Notes: a model not told the origin generated them from the sequence alone. DNA of 25,342 bases from Polyangiaceae bacterium (GCA_033763455.1 JANRKO010000078.1:1-25342); one strand, 5' to 3'. Positions 8,243 through 18,592 are shown, counted from the stretch's first letter. Made by a program: numbers and translations.

Positions 8243-11200
8243 TTATTTGCCGTCAAACTCCCAGCCAGCACCGAAAGCCTCATTCTTTGGCGTAGGGAGG
8301 GCCTCACCCTTCGGGCCGTCGCGACGCACGACCATCGTGTAGCGAGTGGCGGTGTCCTCGCTTTCACGAGCGATCACGTTGATGATGTTAACACCGGGCT
8401 CTAGGGCTGCGTTGAGCGAGAAGCTCATGCTCGATCGATCCTTGCCCTGACGGTTGGAGGCGTAAAATACCTTGTTGCTGCCAACAAATATGTATGCGTC
8501 AAGAACTCCGTCTGCATCCGTAGCGCGACCCTCTATCTTGATGGTGCCATCGCGCGAAGCCAGCGCGGCGCTCTTTACCTCCAAAAGCGGCGGAGAGCGC
8601 GTGAACTGAGTCTCGAAGATGAGGCGTTCTGGGCCCGCACTCTCAGCAAGGCGCGCTGTTTCCACGAACCCAAAGCGGGCCCCACCCAGGTTAACCTTCG
8701 TAAACGCTCCCAGGCTGCCCACCCGTGCAACTACCGCTCCTGCCTTCAATACGCCCACGGCTCGCACCCCCGGTACCGGCTCGCCGCGCACTTCTGCCTC
8801 CACGCGCGCTTTCACAAACCCCGACTTGCCTTCCACGGCAAGGGGACTGGCCATAACCGGAATGCTCACCTTCTCGTTGGAGAACACTCGAAGATCGCGA
8901 TCCTCAATGATGAGCTCCACCTTGGCTTCATCAGCATCTAGCTGACCGAGCACGTCGAACGTAAAGGCTACCTCACGAGATTCGTCCGGCTTGAGCGGGC
9001 CGAGATCAAAGCGCCCCGCCTTGAGCAGCAGCCCGTCACCGGTGAGGTTGCGAATGGCAGCCTTGGTCCCCAAAGACGTGCCTTTGCCGGCGTTCTTGAC
9101 GGTCACATAGAGCGAAGCACCTTCGCCCCGGCTCAATTGGCCATCACCATTGCCTGGGCGATTGTCCACCAGTTGGTAAGCGTAGGCAAAAATAGGCCGC
9201 GGCAGGCTCTCAACAGTTGGCCGGAACTCCACATTCGCAGGTGGCTCGCCACCCTCTGCCGAAAACCGGACCTTCACGACATCTTGGCGTGTCACTGCGT
9301 CTTTTGGCAAACGACAGACGCGCCGTGCGTCGAGCGGCAGAGGTTCGGACGAGCCCGCCTTTCGTCCTTCAATATCGCAGAAACCAAGCGGCGCCAGAGC
9401 TTCCCGCGTCTCACCCGGGGCCAGCTTGCCGAAGACAAGTTCTTTTTCATCGTAATAGAAAGCGTCGCTCTTGGTGATCGCACGGAGTTGATATATCGGC
9501 TTGTCGCTCTTGTTCTTAACGCTCACCTTGAGCGTCATCGATTCTCCTCCCCTAACCGTGGCATTCTTCGGACTCGTTTCGAGCTTTACTTCGTAGTCGC
9601 CCGCTCTTGGCCCATCTATCCCGGCTTTGGGCGGCCCCTGCCAATCCACACCGAGCTTCTTGAGATCCTGCGCGATAGAGGCCATCTCACTTTTCTCAAA
9701 TTGCGCGAGAATTGGCTTGCTTTGCTCCAGCTGCTCTTGGCGTTTACCGGGCTTCAGGTGCGTTACTAGCTCTTGCGCAAAGCGGATGTAGAAGTCTTTT
9801 CGAAACTCATCCTCCACCTGCCCACCGAGCTCACGCAGCTCCGCACGCTCCTTTTCTGGGACGTTGTAGCGAAGCTTAAAGAAGGGGCGATCGCGATTGC
9901 GCTTAGCCTTGCTATCTAGGCTCTTGCTGAGATCGCGTTCGCGGAGTGCCGACTCCGACGCAAACAAGTCCATCTCGAGGTCGTCCACCGTCATGCTGTC
10001 GAGCTCAATGTCGGGAGTCACACCGACTCCCTGAATGGAGACATCCCCGGGAGTGAGATATTGGGCAATGGTGAGTTTGAGTGCCGCCTTTTCGGGGGTA
10101 ATGTTCTGAAAGACGAGCTGCACGCTGCCCTTGCCAAATGTGGTCTCTCCGACCACGATCGCGCGGTCGTTATTCTTCAGCGCACCGGCAACAATTTCGC
10201 TCGCACTGGCGCTCTGCCCGTTCACCAGAACAACAATGGGATAATTCGGCTCCGTACCAGCTAGGGTTGCCCGCTTCTCATCCCGCCCCTCGCTGTTACC
10301 CACGGTTGCCACAATCGTGCCTTGGGCAAGGAAGCGATCCGAGACGCGCGCAGCTTGGTCTAAAAGCCCGCCGGGATCGTTTCGAAGGTCCAACACCAAA
10401 CCCGAAAGCTTTTCCTTGGCCTGCAGGGTTCGGAGCGCGACATCCAGCTCGTCCATGGTGTTTGACTGAAATTGCTTGAGCTGCACGTAGCCAATGCCGC
10501 GAGCCAAAAGCCGTGATTCCACGGACTTTATCTGAATGACCTCGCGCGTTAGCTCGATAGGCTTAGAGCCATTCCAGCCATCTTTGCCGTCCCGGTGGAC
10601 CCAAATGGTTACCTTCGTGCCTGGCTCTCCGCGCAGGCGACTCACCGCGTCGTCGAGCGGCATGTTCAGCGTGGACTCGTTGTTGATATTGGTAATGCGA
10701 TCGAGCCGTCGCAGTCCTGAGCGCGCGGCGGGTGTCCCCGGCATCGGGCGCATGACGGTCAAAAGGTCATCGCGTAAGGCAATTACGATCCCGAGCCCGC
10801 CGAAATGCCCCGAAGTAGACATGTTCATGTCCTCGAACGCCTCGGGGCTCATGAAGTTGCTATGCGGATCCAACGTTCGCAATATGCCGTTGCATGCCGC
10901 GTATTCAACTTCGGCGAGGTCAACCCCAGAATCTTTGAGGTTCGCCTGGAGGTAAACAAATACCTCTCGCAGGCGAGCCGCAACATCCCAGGGACCTTGC
11001 ACGTTATCAACACGAAACTCCTGCGGAGGGGCTACATCCACTTGCACCTTCACCGTCGGAGATTTCTCCTCGTGAAGCACAATTACCTGGGCCACCTCAG
11101 TTTGAATTAGGGCCAGCGCACTTAGGAACATCTGGCGTGGGTTCACACGCTCAGGCTCAACATACTTCTCGACGATTTTCTTGAGCGTTCGGTTAACAGC

Positions 11201-11374
11201 CGTAAGCTTTGTGAGATCGTAGCGTTGCTTTTTGCGATCTTTGGCGGCCACGGCTTGGGCCACATCAAGCCCCTTCCAAAGCCCTCCTGTACCGAACCAG
11301 AGGGCAAACGCCGCCGCGAGCCCAAACAACAAAAGCAGTGTGGCTACTCGCCCTAAACGCTGAAGGAGTCGCAT
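8243..11374 (-). CDS. Long carboxyl-terminal processing protease, S41 family (deltaproteobacterial MXAN_5808-like type), with PDZ and C-terminal beta-sandwich domains
   Basis: N-terminal TM/signal from MRLLQRL (ATG11374). Motifs: LDPHSNF, FGGLGI PDZ loop, LDLRNDPGGLL, SASASEIVAGAL (Ser), TFGKGSVQ (Lys), GVTPDI. Long C-terminal extension. The ORF-track start (11584) overlaps mlaD and is unlikely. Confidence 0.9.
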   Translation of the reverse strand: MRLLQRLGRVATLLLLFGLAAAFALWFGTGGLWKGLDVAQAVAAKDRKKQRYDLTKLTAVNRTLKKIVEKYVEPERVNPRQMFLSALALIQTEVAQVIVLHEEKSPTVKVQVDVAPPQEFRVDNVQGPWDVAARLREVFVYLQANLKDSGVDLAEVEYAACNGILRTLDPHSNFMSPEAFEDMNMSTSGHFGGLGIVIALRDDLLTVMRPMPGTPAARSGLRRLDRITNINNESTLNMPLDDAVSRLRGEPGTKVTIWVHRDGKDGWNGSKPIELTREVIQIKSVESRLLARGIGYVQLKQFQSNTMDELDVALRTLQAKEKLSGLVLDLRNDPGGLLDQAARVSDRFLAQGTIVATVGNSEGRDEKRATLAGTEPNYPIVVLVNGQSASASEIVAGALKNNDRAIVVGETTFGKGSVQLVFQNITPEKAALKLTIAQYLTPGDVSIQGVGVTPDIELDSMTVDDLEMDLFASESALRERDLSKSLDSKAKRNRDRPFFKLRYNVPEKERAELRELGGQVEDEFRKDFYIRFAQELVTHLKPGKRQEQLEQSKPILAQFEKSEMASIAQDLKKLGVDWQGPPKAGIDGPRAGDYEVKLETSPKNATVRGGESMTLKVSVKNKSDKPIYQLRAITKSDAFYYDEKELVFGKLAPGETREALAPLGFCDIEGRKAGSSEPLPLDARRVCRLPKDAVTRQDVVKVRFSAEGGEPPANVEFRPTVESLPRPIFAYAYQLVDNRPGNGDGQLSRGEGASLYVTVKNAGKGTSLGTKAAIRNLTGDGLLLKAGRFDLGPLKPDESREVAFTFDVLGQLDADEAKVELIIEDRDLRVFSNEKVSIPVMASPLAVEGKSGFVKARVEAEVRGEPVPGVRAVGVLKAGAVVARVGSLGAFTKVNLGGARFGFVETARLAESAGPERLIFETQFTRSPPLLEVKSAALASRDGTIKIEGRATDADGVLDAYIFVGSNKVFYASNRQGKDRSSMSFSLNAALEPGVNIINVIARESEDTATRYTMVVRRDGPKGEALPTPKNEAFGAGWEFDGK

Positions 11375-11382
11375 CGCGGAAA

Positions 11383-11410
11383 AGTATAGGCGCCTTCCCG
11401 CTTTGTTCAA
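11383..11410 (-). promoter_or_regulatory. Putative sigma70 promoter for the S41 protease gene (TTGAAC-N16-TATACT)
   Basis: Minus strand TTGAAC (11410-11405), 16 nt spacer, TATACT (11388-11383), then 8 nt to ATG11374. Confidence 0.5.
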
Positions 11411-11477
11411 TTGGCGGAACCCACACCCACTCGTTAGCTTCCCTGGGACGGACGCTTGGGCGGAGGTGCCACGCTTC

Positions 11478-12599
11478 TCAGGGGGCTTTGGCGGCGGGGT
11501 CGCGCACTGGATGGTTGGGCGCCGCCTCGTCTTGCTGGATGGAATAACGGACGAGAGCGCGGAGGGCTTTATTGCGACCCACATTGCCTAACAAGATCTT
11601 CAAATCTTCATACACCGAAGGGTCGGTAAGCAGTGCCCCAACGGTGCCTTTGCCGTCACGCGCATCAGCGGCGATCTTGTTCAGGCTAACGCTCAGCTCT
11701 GTCAGGTTGCGAGTCAAATCTTCTGAGGCCGGGCCACCATAGATAAGGCTCTTGGCCAACCCATTGCCCTCGCGAACGCCCTTCAGGGTCAGCTGGAGTT
11801 CTTCGGCGGCTCCACCAATTTGAGCGATAGCTTGCGACGCCTCCTTGCCATAAACAACCTCATGAGCAAGCCCCGGGCCGGCCTTCACCTGCCCAACGAT
11901 AGCGTTCACGTCTGCAAGTGTATGATCTAGGGAAGCCGTTGCGCGCTCCAGGGTGGTAATCAAGTTCGAAATCCGCGCAGATTCCTTCGGATCGCGCAGC
12001 AAACGGGCAGCATAGCCGTCGCCTTCGTCGACGTTGTGCAAAATACTTCCCATAGATTTCAAAGAACCCCGAATATCCTGATGCAACTCTTCGTTCGCGA
12101 GCAAGCCCGTGGCTCGCTCCAAATTTGCCACTGTTTTCTCTACTTTTCCCGTAATACCGCCCAAACGCGAAAGCGCTACGGTGAGATCTTCACCGGCCTC
12201 GCTCTGAATAATTCCTCCGGGTTCAATGGCAGGTTGTGAACGCGTACCGACACTTACGTTCACCATCTTGTCGCCCAACATACCCTTAGCGACGATCTTC
12301 ACGATGCTATCTTTGCGAACACGCGCAGCCTCGTCTTTCACGATGCCGAGCGTGACGTACACCGTCGGATCTTTCGCCTCTTTGCTGTACTCCACGCTAT
12401 CTACGCTGCCCACGGTGACGCCACCCATGCGCACCTCAGAGCCACGCCGCAAACCTTCGACATCACTGAAGAGCGCGCGGTAATGGACTTTGGAATCGAA
12501 CATCTGCCGTTCGTCTCCGATGAGAAAGACGATCAGCCCCGCAGCGAGCAGCCCCAAAAACACGAAACCGCCAACTTTGACTTCTCTAGGGATACCCAT
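11478..12599 (-). CDS. mlaD: MCE/MlaD family substrate-binding protein with long helical C-terminus
   Basis: REVKVGGFV + TM segment, F.DVEGL..GSEVRMGGVTVGSV, GMLGDKMVNVS.G, and the myxobacterial-type tail GKGTVGALLTDPSVYEDL. Confidence 0.9.
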   Translation of the reverse strand: MGIPREVKVGGFVFLGLLAAGLIVFLIGDERQMFDSKVHYRALFSDVEGLRRGSEVRMGGVTVGSVDSVEYSKEAKDPTVYVTLGIVKDEAARVRKDSIVKIVAKGMLGDKMVNVSVGTRSQPAIEPGGIIQSEAGEDLTVALSRLGGITGKVEKTVANLERATGLLANEELHQDIRGSLKSMGSILHNVDEGDGYAARLLRDPKESARISNLITTLERATASLDHTLADVNAIVGQVKAGPGLAHEVVYGKEASQAIAQIGGAAEELQLTLKGVREGNGLAKSLIYGGPASEDLTRNLTELSVSLNKIAADARDGKGTVGALLTDPSVYEDLKILLGNVGRNKALRALVRYSIQQDEAAPNHPVRDPAAKAP

Positions 12600-12671
12600 G
12601 AAATAAGCTCGCTTGCCGGCCCCCGACCCCGACTTCAGCCAGGCACGGAGAGCAGCGGATGATTGTAGCCC

Positions 12672-13454
12672 CTAAGAGGTGCTCAGCAAGGTCTGCACGT
12701 CTTCCTGAACAGGGGCGCGACCGTGAATAAAGTCCTGCACCCGTGGGTCGTCGGTGTTCTGGAATTCCTGTACCGTCCCGGTGCAAATCACCCTGCCCCC
12801 GAGCACCATCGCCAGCCGATCGCTCACCGAGAATGCACTCTTCATGTCATGGGTGATGACGATGCTGGTGATATCCAGCCGTTCCTGAAGGCCCGTGATC
12901 AGGTGGTTCACGCGGGCCGTGTTGATGGGATCGAGACCCGTGGTGGGTTCGTCATACAGAAGAACTTCGGGCTTCACGGCGATGGCCCGCGCCAGCCCCA
13001 CGCGCTTGCGCATGCCGCCGGAGAGATCAGAGGGACTCATATTCTCAATCCCTGGGAGGTTCACCAGGCTGAGCGCCCAATTCACTCGGTCCTCGATTTC
13101 ACTCTTGCTCATCTTGTCGTGAAAGTGCTCTTGCAGGCCGTAGCCCACATTTTCTCCGACAGTGAGTGAATCAAACAGCGCGCCACTTTGAAAGAGCATC
13201 GCGATGCGGCGTCGCACGTCGGAAAAGGCGTCTTCGCTGAGCTTCGTGAGATCCTTACCATCGAAAGAAATTTCTCCGTGATCTGGACGCAAGAGGCCGA
13301 TGAGCATCTTCAAGAGTACGCTCTTTCCGACACCGGAGCCCCCACACACAGTGAGCACTTCGCCGCGCCGCACCTCAAGATCCAAGCCTCGATACACAAC
13401 CTTCTGGCCGAAGGCTTTCTTTACGTTCTTGAACGAGATGAGCGACTCGGTCAC
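12672..13454 (-). CDS. mlaF: MlaF/Mkl-type ABC transporter ATP-binding protein
   Basis: Walker A GGSGVGKS, FQSGALFDSLTVGENV, LSGGMRKRVGLARA, YDEPTTGLDP, ITHDM. The GTG start overlaps the recJ TGA (GTGA). Confidence 0.93.
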   Translation of the reverse strand: MTESLISFKNVKKAFGQKVVYRGLDLEVRRGEVLTVCGGSGVGKSVLLKMLIGLLRPDHGEISFDGKDLTKLSEDAFSDVRRRIAMLFQSGALFDSLTVGENVGYGLQEHFHDKMSKSEIEDRVNWALSLVNLPGIENMSPSDLSGGMRKRVGLARAIAVKPEVLLYDEPTTGLDPINTARVNHLITGLQERLDITSIVITHDMKSAFSVSDRLAMVLGGRVICTGTVQEFQNTDDPRVQDFIHGRAPVQEDVQTLLSTS

Positions 13455-15196
13455 AAGCTCACAATCTCCTGTATCCCAAATTCCACCGCTCCATGTCCTC
13501 GAAAGCGATCCAGCCTAAGCTGCCCCACAAACCGAATACGCGAGCCTGGATCAAGCTTTTTGGCGCCGAGCCCTGGCGCAAAACCGCCGAGGCGTTGTCC
13601 ACCATCTAGCTCAAGATCTAGCTTCAAGTGGCCGCCCTTCACCTCGCGAGCGCTCCTCACCGTGGCCTCCACCACGAGCTCAGGCTTTGGGTTTTTCAGG
13701 CCAAACGGTTCAAGCCGGTTCAAGTCCCTGAGGATATCGCTCGGTTGGTCGAGAGCAAAGTACTCGGCTCGATGGCTCGCCCGAGTGGGCAACGCCTGCG
13801 TTGTGCCATCGGCGCCCACGGGCTCGGCACAAGCATGCTCAAACGCGGTTCGCAGTGCCTCAAGGTTCGGCCACAAGATCTCAAGGCCTGCTGCGGCCTG
13901 ATGACCACCAAAACGCACCAACGTATGCGCACATTGGCTGAGCGCATCGTGCAAGCGGGAGCCTTCCGGACCACGCACCGAACCACGCCCCACCTCTTCT
14001 TCAAACCCGATCACAATCACAGGCTTTCCAAAGCGATCGGCGAGCCTGCCCGCCACAATGCCCACGATGCCATGATTCCAGCCCTTTTCGCCAATCACGA
14101 TGGCATTCCGCTCCGCCAAGCCTAAGCGTTCAATTTGCAGAAGGGCAGCCTCCACCATCACATCCTGAACACGACGCCGCTCTGCACTTTTCTGCTCAAC
14201 CTCAGCCGCCACCGAACGGGCCTCGGACTCGGACTTCGCCAAAAGAAGCTGTAAGGCGAGTGTGGGCGAGCCGAGCCGGCCAGGGGCATTCAGCCGTGGA
14301 GCTACCCGATACAAGATATCTTCGGTGGTGAAACCTGAAGAGAAATCGAGCTCAGCAAGCCCAAAGATGGCTCGAAGCCCTGGCCGTTCGCCGCGGGCGA
14401 GCACGGCCAACCCCGCCCGCACGAGTGCGCGATTGTCTGCATCGAGGGGCGCCACATCTGCCACGGTGCCGATGGCCACCAAATCAAGCCACTGCCTAAG
14501 CTCCAGCTTCCGAGCCAATTTTGTGCGCACCGCCCCCACCAAAACGAGCGCGAGCCCACAGGTTGCAAGCCCCTTGTAAGGGAACCCGCACTCGGGTCGA
14601 TGCGGGTTGAGGAAAGCGAGCGCTGGCAAGCGCTCCTCAGGCACCAGATGGTGATCCACCACGATGGCATCCACCTTGAGCCGGGCAAGCTCACGTAGGC
14701 TCACGTGATCCGAAGACCCACAATCACAGGTTATCACGAGCTGGGGCCTCTCAGCCAAGACGCGCTCAAGCGCCAACGCCGACAACCCGTATCCGCCCTC
14801 AAATCGACTTGCCAATATCGGAGTGACCAATCCGCCAAGCTGCGTGAGAGCCTCCGTGAAAAGAGCGGTAGCGGTCATCCCGTCGCAGTCGTAATCGCCA
14901 AATACGACAATGCGTTGCTGTTCTCGAACGGCACGAGCAATGCGCTCGGCGGCAAGCTCTCGGTCCCCCATGTTCTCGGGGTTGGTCAAATCGGCCAGCT
15001 TCGGCTCAAGAAAGCTGAGCGCATGTTGAGGCTCAACATGCCCTTCGGAGACCATCCAATTGGCGACGGTTCGAGTGAGGCCAAGCTCGGCCATTAACCT
15101 TGCAACCGCGGGGGAGGGCTCGGAGGGCAGGGCCTTGGGCGACGAGTCTGTCCCCGTTCCCCGGTCCAGCCTGGTCGCCAATAGCTCCATGTTCAT
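13451..15196 (-). CDS. recJ: Single-stranded-DNA-specific exonuclease RecJ
   Basis: GDYDCDG, EGGYGL, ITCDCGS, VDHH, GTVADVAPL, PRLNAPGRL, GRGSVR, FGGHQAAAG, LEPFGLKNPKP. Start set at ATG15196 (or 15190), downstream of the secF stop. Confidence 0.95.
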   Translation of the reverse strand: MNMELLATRLDRGTGTDSSPKALPSEPSPAVARLMAELGLTRTVANWMVSEGHVEPQHALSFLEPKLADLTNPENMGDRELAAERIARAVREQQRIVVFGDYDCDGMTATALFTEALTQLGGLVTPILASRFEGGYGLSALALERVLAERPQLVITCDCGSSDHVSLRELARLKVDAIVVDHHLVPEERLPALAFLNPHRPECGFPYKGLATCGLALVLVGAVRTKLARKLELRQWLDLVAIGTVADVAPLDADNRALVRAGLAVLARGERPGLRAIFGLAELDFSSGFTTEDILYRVAPRLNAPGRLGSPTLALQLLLAKSESEARSVAAEVEQKSAERRRVQDVMVEAALLQIERLGLAERNAIVIGEKGWNHGIVGIVAGRLADRFGKPVIVIGFEEEVGRGSVRGPEGSRLHDALSQCAHTLVRFGGHQAAAGLEILWPNLEALRTAFEHACAEPVGADGTTQALPTRASHRAEYFALDQPSDILRDLNRLEPFGLKNPKPELVVEATVRSAREVKGGHLKLDLELDGGQRLGGFAPGLGAKKLDPGSRIRFVGQLRLDRFRGHGAVEFGIQEIVSL

Positions 15197-15233
15197 GTCA
15201 TCGCGCCCCTTGGGCACGAGTGTCAACCAACCG

Positions 15234-16454
15234 TCAGGCCGCTGGGACGACGCGACCCGAACGAGCCTTGCCAGCTTTGTTGCCGCCAAGCTTGGCAAAG
15301 AACTTTCGATCCATCCATTCGGTGAGGGGCAAGGCGACGTAAATGGAAGAGTACGTCCCAAGGATGATGCCGATAATGAGCGTCAAGGCAAAGTCCTTGA
15401 GAGCACCGGTACCCCAAACGAAGAAGGCCAACAGGCTCAGCACCGTAGTCACACCAGTAAGGATGGTCCGACTTAGTGTCTCCGATAAACTCACATTGAT
15501 GAGTTGAGAGAACGTTGATCCGCGCATCTTCCCCAAGTTTTCGCGCACCCGATCATACACCACGACCGTGTCGTTCACCGAATACCCCACCAATGTGAGG
15601 ATGGCCGCGACCGTGACCAGGTTTAGCTCTTTCTGAAGCGCAACCAGTATCGCCACCGCCACCACAGCATCATGGAATAGCGCCACGATAGCGCCCGGAG
15701 CGAACCTCAAGTCAAAGCGAAAAGCCAGGTAGATCAGGACGCCAACTAGCGAGATGGCCAGGCTCTTGATGGCAGAATCCCGGAGCAAAGCACCAGCCTT
15801 GGGTCCAATCCACTCCACACGCAGGGCTGCATCCGGCACCTTTGCCGCACCCAGCCGTGATTTGAGCGCCCCGAGCAGCTGATCGCCCTTACCGACGAGG
15901 AAAACTTCCACCCGACGATCTCGGGCATTCTGCAGCGACGGATTGTTGTTGCCTGCGCGCAGCGCTAGGTGCGGGACGCCCATCATGCGCTCCTTGATCC
16001 AAGCGAGGTCTGGATCTTGGCGAAAACGGATCGATATCTTTTCGCCGCCCGGGCTGAACTTCACTTCCGTTGCGCGCTTTTCCTCCGGGCACTCGGCGGC
16101 CGGCAGGTTATCGCCGAAACAGAGCTTACGCTGGACCTTGATGCGCGTAGCATCGTCGATGCTCGACACATCCGGCACGCGGATCATGAACCGGTTGGTT
16201 GTGGCCTCTGCGACCCGAATCACATCGGGCTGCGAGAAGCCTGAGGCCGTCACCGCTTGCCGAATCTCGTCGGCTGTGACGGGCTGCTTGAACTCCACCT
16301 CAATCTCAGTGCCACCGCTGAAATCAGGTCCAAACTTGGGACCCACGACGAATAGCAGTATGAGCGCGATGATGAAGGTGACGACGCTGGCCCCGAGGAA
16401 CCAGTGCCGAAGGCCCATGAAATCGTAGATCTTGTTCGGAGGGAGGAATTCCAT
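15234..16454 (-). CDS. secF: Protein translocase subunit SecF
   Basis: FGPDFSGGT, YLAFRFD, ALFHD, GYSVNDTVVVYDRVRE, TLSRTILT, GTYSSIYVA. Confidence 0.97.
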   Translation of the reverse strand: MEFLPPNKIYDFMGLRHWFLGASVVTFIIALILLFVVGPKFGPDFSGGTEIEVEFKQPVTADEIRQAVTASGFSQPDVIRVAEATTNRFMIRVPDVSSIDDATRIKVQRKLCFGDNLPAAECPEEKRATEVKFSPGGEKISIRFRQDPDLAWIKERMMGVPHLALRAGNNNPSLQNARDRRVEVFLVGKGDQLLGALKSRLGAAKVPDAALRVEWIGPKAGALLRDSAIKSLAISLVGVLIYLAFRFDLRFAPGAIVALFHDAVVAVAILVALQKELNLVTVAAILTLVGYSVNDTVVVYDRVRENLGKMRGSTFSQLINVSLSETLSRTILTGVTTVLSLLAFFVWGTGALKDFALTLIIGIILGTYSSIYVALPLTEWMDRKFFAKLGGNKAGKARSGRVVPAA

Positions 16455-16457
16455 AGA

Positions 16458-18575
16458 TCAGCCCATACTGAAGCGACTGCGACTGCCAAAGCCACGCATC
16501 CAAAGATCAAATAGGGCCCGAGATACGAAGACGCCCGTGAAGATGCTGCACACGACGCCCACCATCAACGTGATAGCAAAGCCCTTGATGGGGCCGGTGC
16601 CGTATTGAGCCAAAACCACCCCTGAGATCATCGTGGTAACGTGGCCGTCCACGATCGCAGTGAACGCCCGCGAGTAACCCACTTCTACAGCTGAACGGGG
16701 AGCCTTGCCGTTGCGCAGCTCTTCCTTGATGCGTTCGTTGATAAGCACATTGGCGTCCAGGCTCATGCCGATGGTGAGAGCTAGGCCGGCGATGCCAGGC
16801 AGCGTCATGGCGGCGCCAAAAGAAGCCAGAATAGCCAGCTGCAGCATGAGATTCATCAACACCGCCGTGTTGGCGATAAGGCCTGCTCGACGGTAGTAGA
16901 TGTACATGAACACGAGTGCAATGAGCCCGCCGCCAACGGCACCTCGTACGGCGAGGTCGATGGAATCTTGCCCAAGTGAGGGACCAATGCGCTGCTCGTT
17001 CGAAGGCGAGATCGGCGCGGGTAGTGCACCCGACCTGAGCACGAGCTCCAACTTCTTGGCATCGCGAAGCTGTGCTTGTGGGTCTGGACCGCCCATGGTG
17101 ATCTGGGCACTGCCTCCCGAGATCCGCGTCTGAATCACCGGCGCACTCTGCACGCGGCCATCCAAGATAATGGCAAAGCGCCGTTTGATGTTGGCGCCCG
17201 TAATGGTGTCAAAGAGACGCCCACCTTGGTCGGTAAAGTCGAGCGCCACATACCAGCCGCCCATACTCGACTGATCCTGATTGGGCATGGCCTGGGCGTC
17301 ACGGATCATGTCGCCGGTTACCTCCGCTCGGCTCTTCAAAAGATAGGTGCGGATCCCATCTTCTTCCTGCTTTAGGGTTTCCGGATCTTCTCGGAACTCG
17401 ATCTCGTACCCGATCTCCCGATCCGGTGGTAAGGCAAGTGTCCCAACCCACTCCCGAAAGCGAGTCAGCGCCTGCTGCATCGTTTCGGTCTTTTGTTTCC
17501 GCAGGTAGGCGTAGGTGATGGTGTTGGTGCGTGTATCACCCTCGGCGTCCAAACCGATGGTCGCGTTTTCGCGTAGGAACTCGAGCCCCGGCGGAAGATT
17601 CTTGGGCTCCTGTGCATCCAGCTTGCTCTTCACCGTGTCGAAGAAATCTGTTTCATCGTCAAGCAGCTTGAACTCAAGCCGCGCCGTTTGGCTGATGATA
17701 TCTCGAATATTAGCGAAGCTCTTCTCGTCCTCGCCCGGCACTTCAACGATGACGTCCTCACCACGCGTGGAAACGGACGCTTCGCGCAAACCAAGCTCAT
17801 CCACCCGGCGCAGGATAATTTCACGCGCCTGGTTTACAGCACGCTCTCGAATCGACGACTCCACCGAATCTTTGACCGCGAACTCGTAGACGCGAAGGTT
17901 CTGGGACCGCGAGAACGTTAGCTCCCCGCGGAACATGTCGAGGAATCGGCTATCCACGCGCGATGGATCCAGCCCTTCATTCACAGTGAGCTTGATTGCG
18001 TTGGGCCGCGTTGGCGAAGGTTCAACGACCACCTTCTCACGCAGCTTGGCGTACACCGCTTCAGGCGGCGGCTCGTCACCTTTGTGCAAATCTAGTACTT
18101 TGGCGAGCTGCCGGCGCATCTGCTCGTAGTACTGATCGCGCTTGTCCTTGATGGCTTCGTCAACATCCACGGTGTAGACGAGCCTGAGCCCTCCTCGAAG
18201 ATCCAGGCCGGCGACCAACTCGAAAGTATTGCGCTCCTTCACCCATGCCGGGCACGGCACTCGGCCACCGGAAACTTTGGACAAGGTTGGCCAGAGGCCA
18301 ATCAAGCCGAGCGCGCCAACGATGACCACTAAGCCGAAACGAAAGCGCCACCCAAAATCGATCCAATTCAGAGCTGTGAAGGCGGCCCACAAGGCTAACA
18401 TGCCGAGGACTACCATCGACCAAAACGCATCGTAATAAGCGGAAACGGCGGCAGTAGCTGCGAACCCAGCTGCCAACCAAAGCGCATTCCGAGATTCACG
18501 CTTCAACAGGCCGGTCAGTGCGAACAGCGCAAACAGCGCAATGAAGATATAGGTAAGAAGAAGATTCGGGGTCAT
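16458..18575 (-). CDS. secD: Protein translocase subunit SecD
   Basis: GLDLRGG, RRVDELGLRE, VEVPG, AIILDG.V.SAP.I, LRSGALPAP, IGPSLG, TLPGIAG, DANVLINERIKEE, GPIKGFAITL. Confidence 0.97.
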   Translation of the reverse strand: MTPNLLLTYIFIALFALFALTGLLKRESRNALWLAAGFAATAAVSAYYDAFWSMVVLGMLALWAAFTALNWIDFGWRFRFGLVVIVGALGLIGLWPTLSKVSGGRVPCPAWVKERNTFELVAGLDLRGGLRLVYTVDVDEAIKDKRDQYYEQMRRQLAKVLDLHKGDEPPPEAVYAKLREKVVVEPSPTRPNAIKLTVNEGLDPSRVDSRFLDMFRGELTFSRSQNLRVYEFAVKDSVESSIRERAVNQAREIILRRVDELGLREASVSTRGEDVIVEVPGEDEKSFANIRDIISQTARLEFKLLDDETDFFDTVKSKLDAQEPKNLPPGLEFLRENATIGLDAEGDTRTNTITYAYLRKQKTETMQQALTRFREWVGTLALPPDREIGYEIEFREDPETLKQEEDGIRTYLLKSRAEVTGDMIRDAQAMPNQDQSSMGGWYVALDFTDQGGRLFDTITGANIKRRFAIILDGRVQSAPVIQTRISGGSAQITMGGPDPQAQLRDAKKLELVLRSGALPAPISPSNEQRIGPSLGQDSIDLAVRGAVGGGLIALVFMYIYYRRAGLIANTAVLMNLMLQLAILASFGAAMTLPGIAGLALTIGMSLDANVLINERIKEELRNGKAPRSAVEVGYSRAFTAIVDGHVTTMISGVVLAQYGTGPIKGFAITLMVGVVCSIFTGVFVSRALFDLWMRGFGSRSRFSMG

Positions 18576-18592
18576 GGCCAGTTCCGGGCGGG

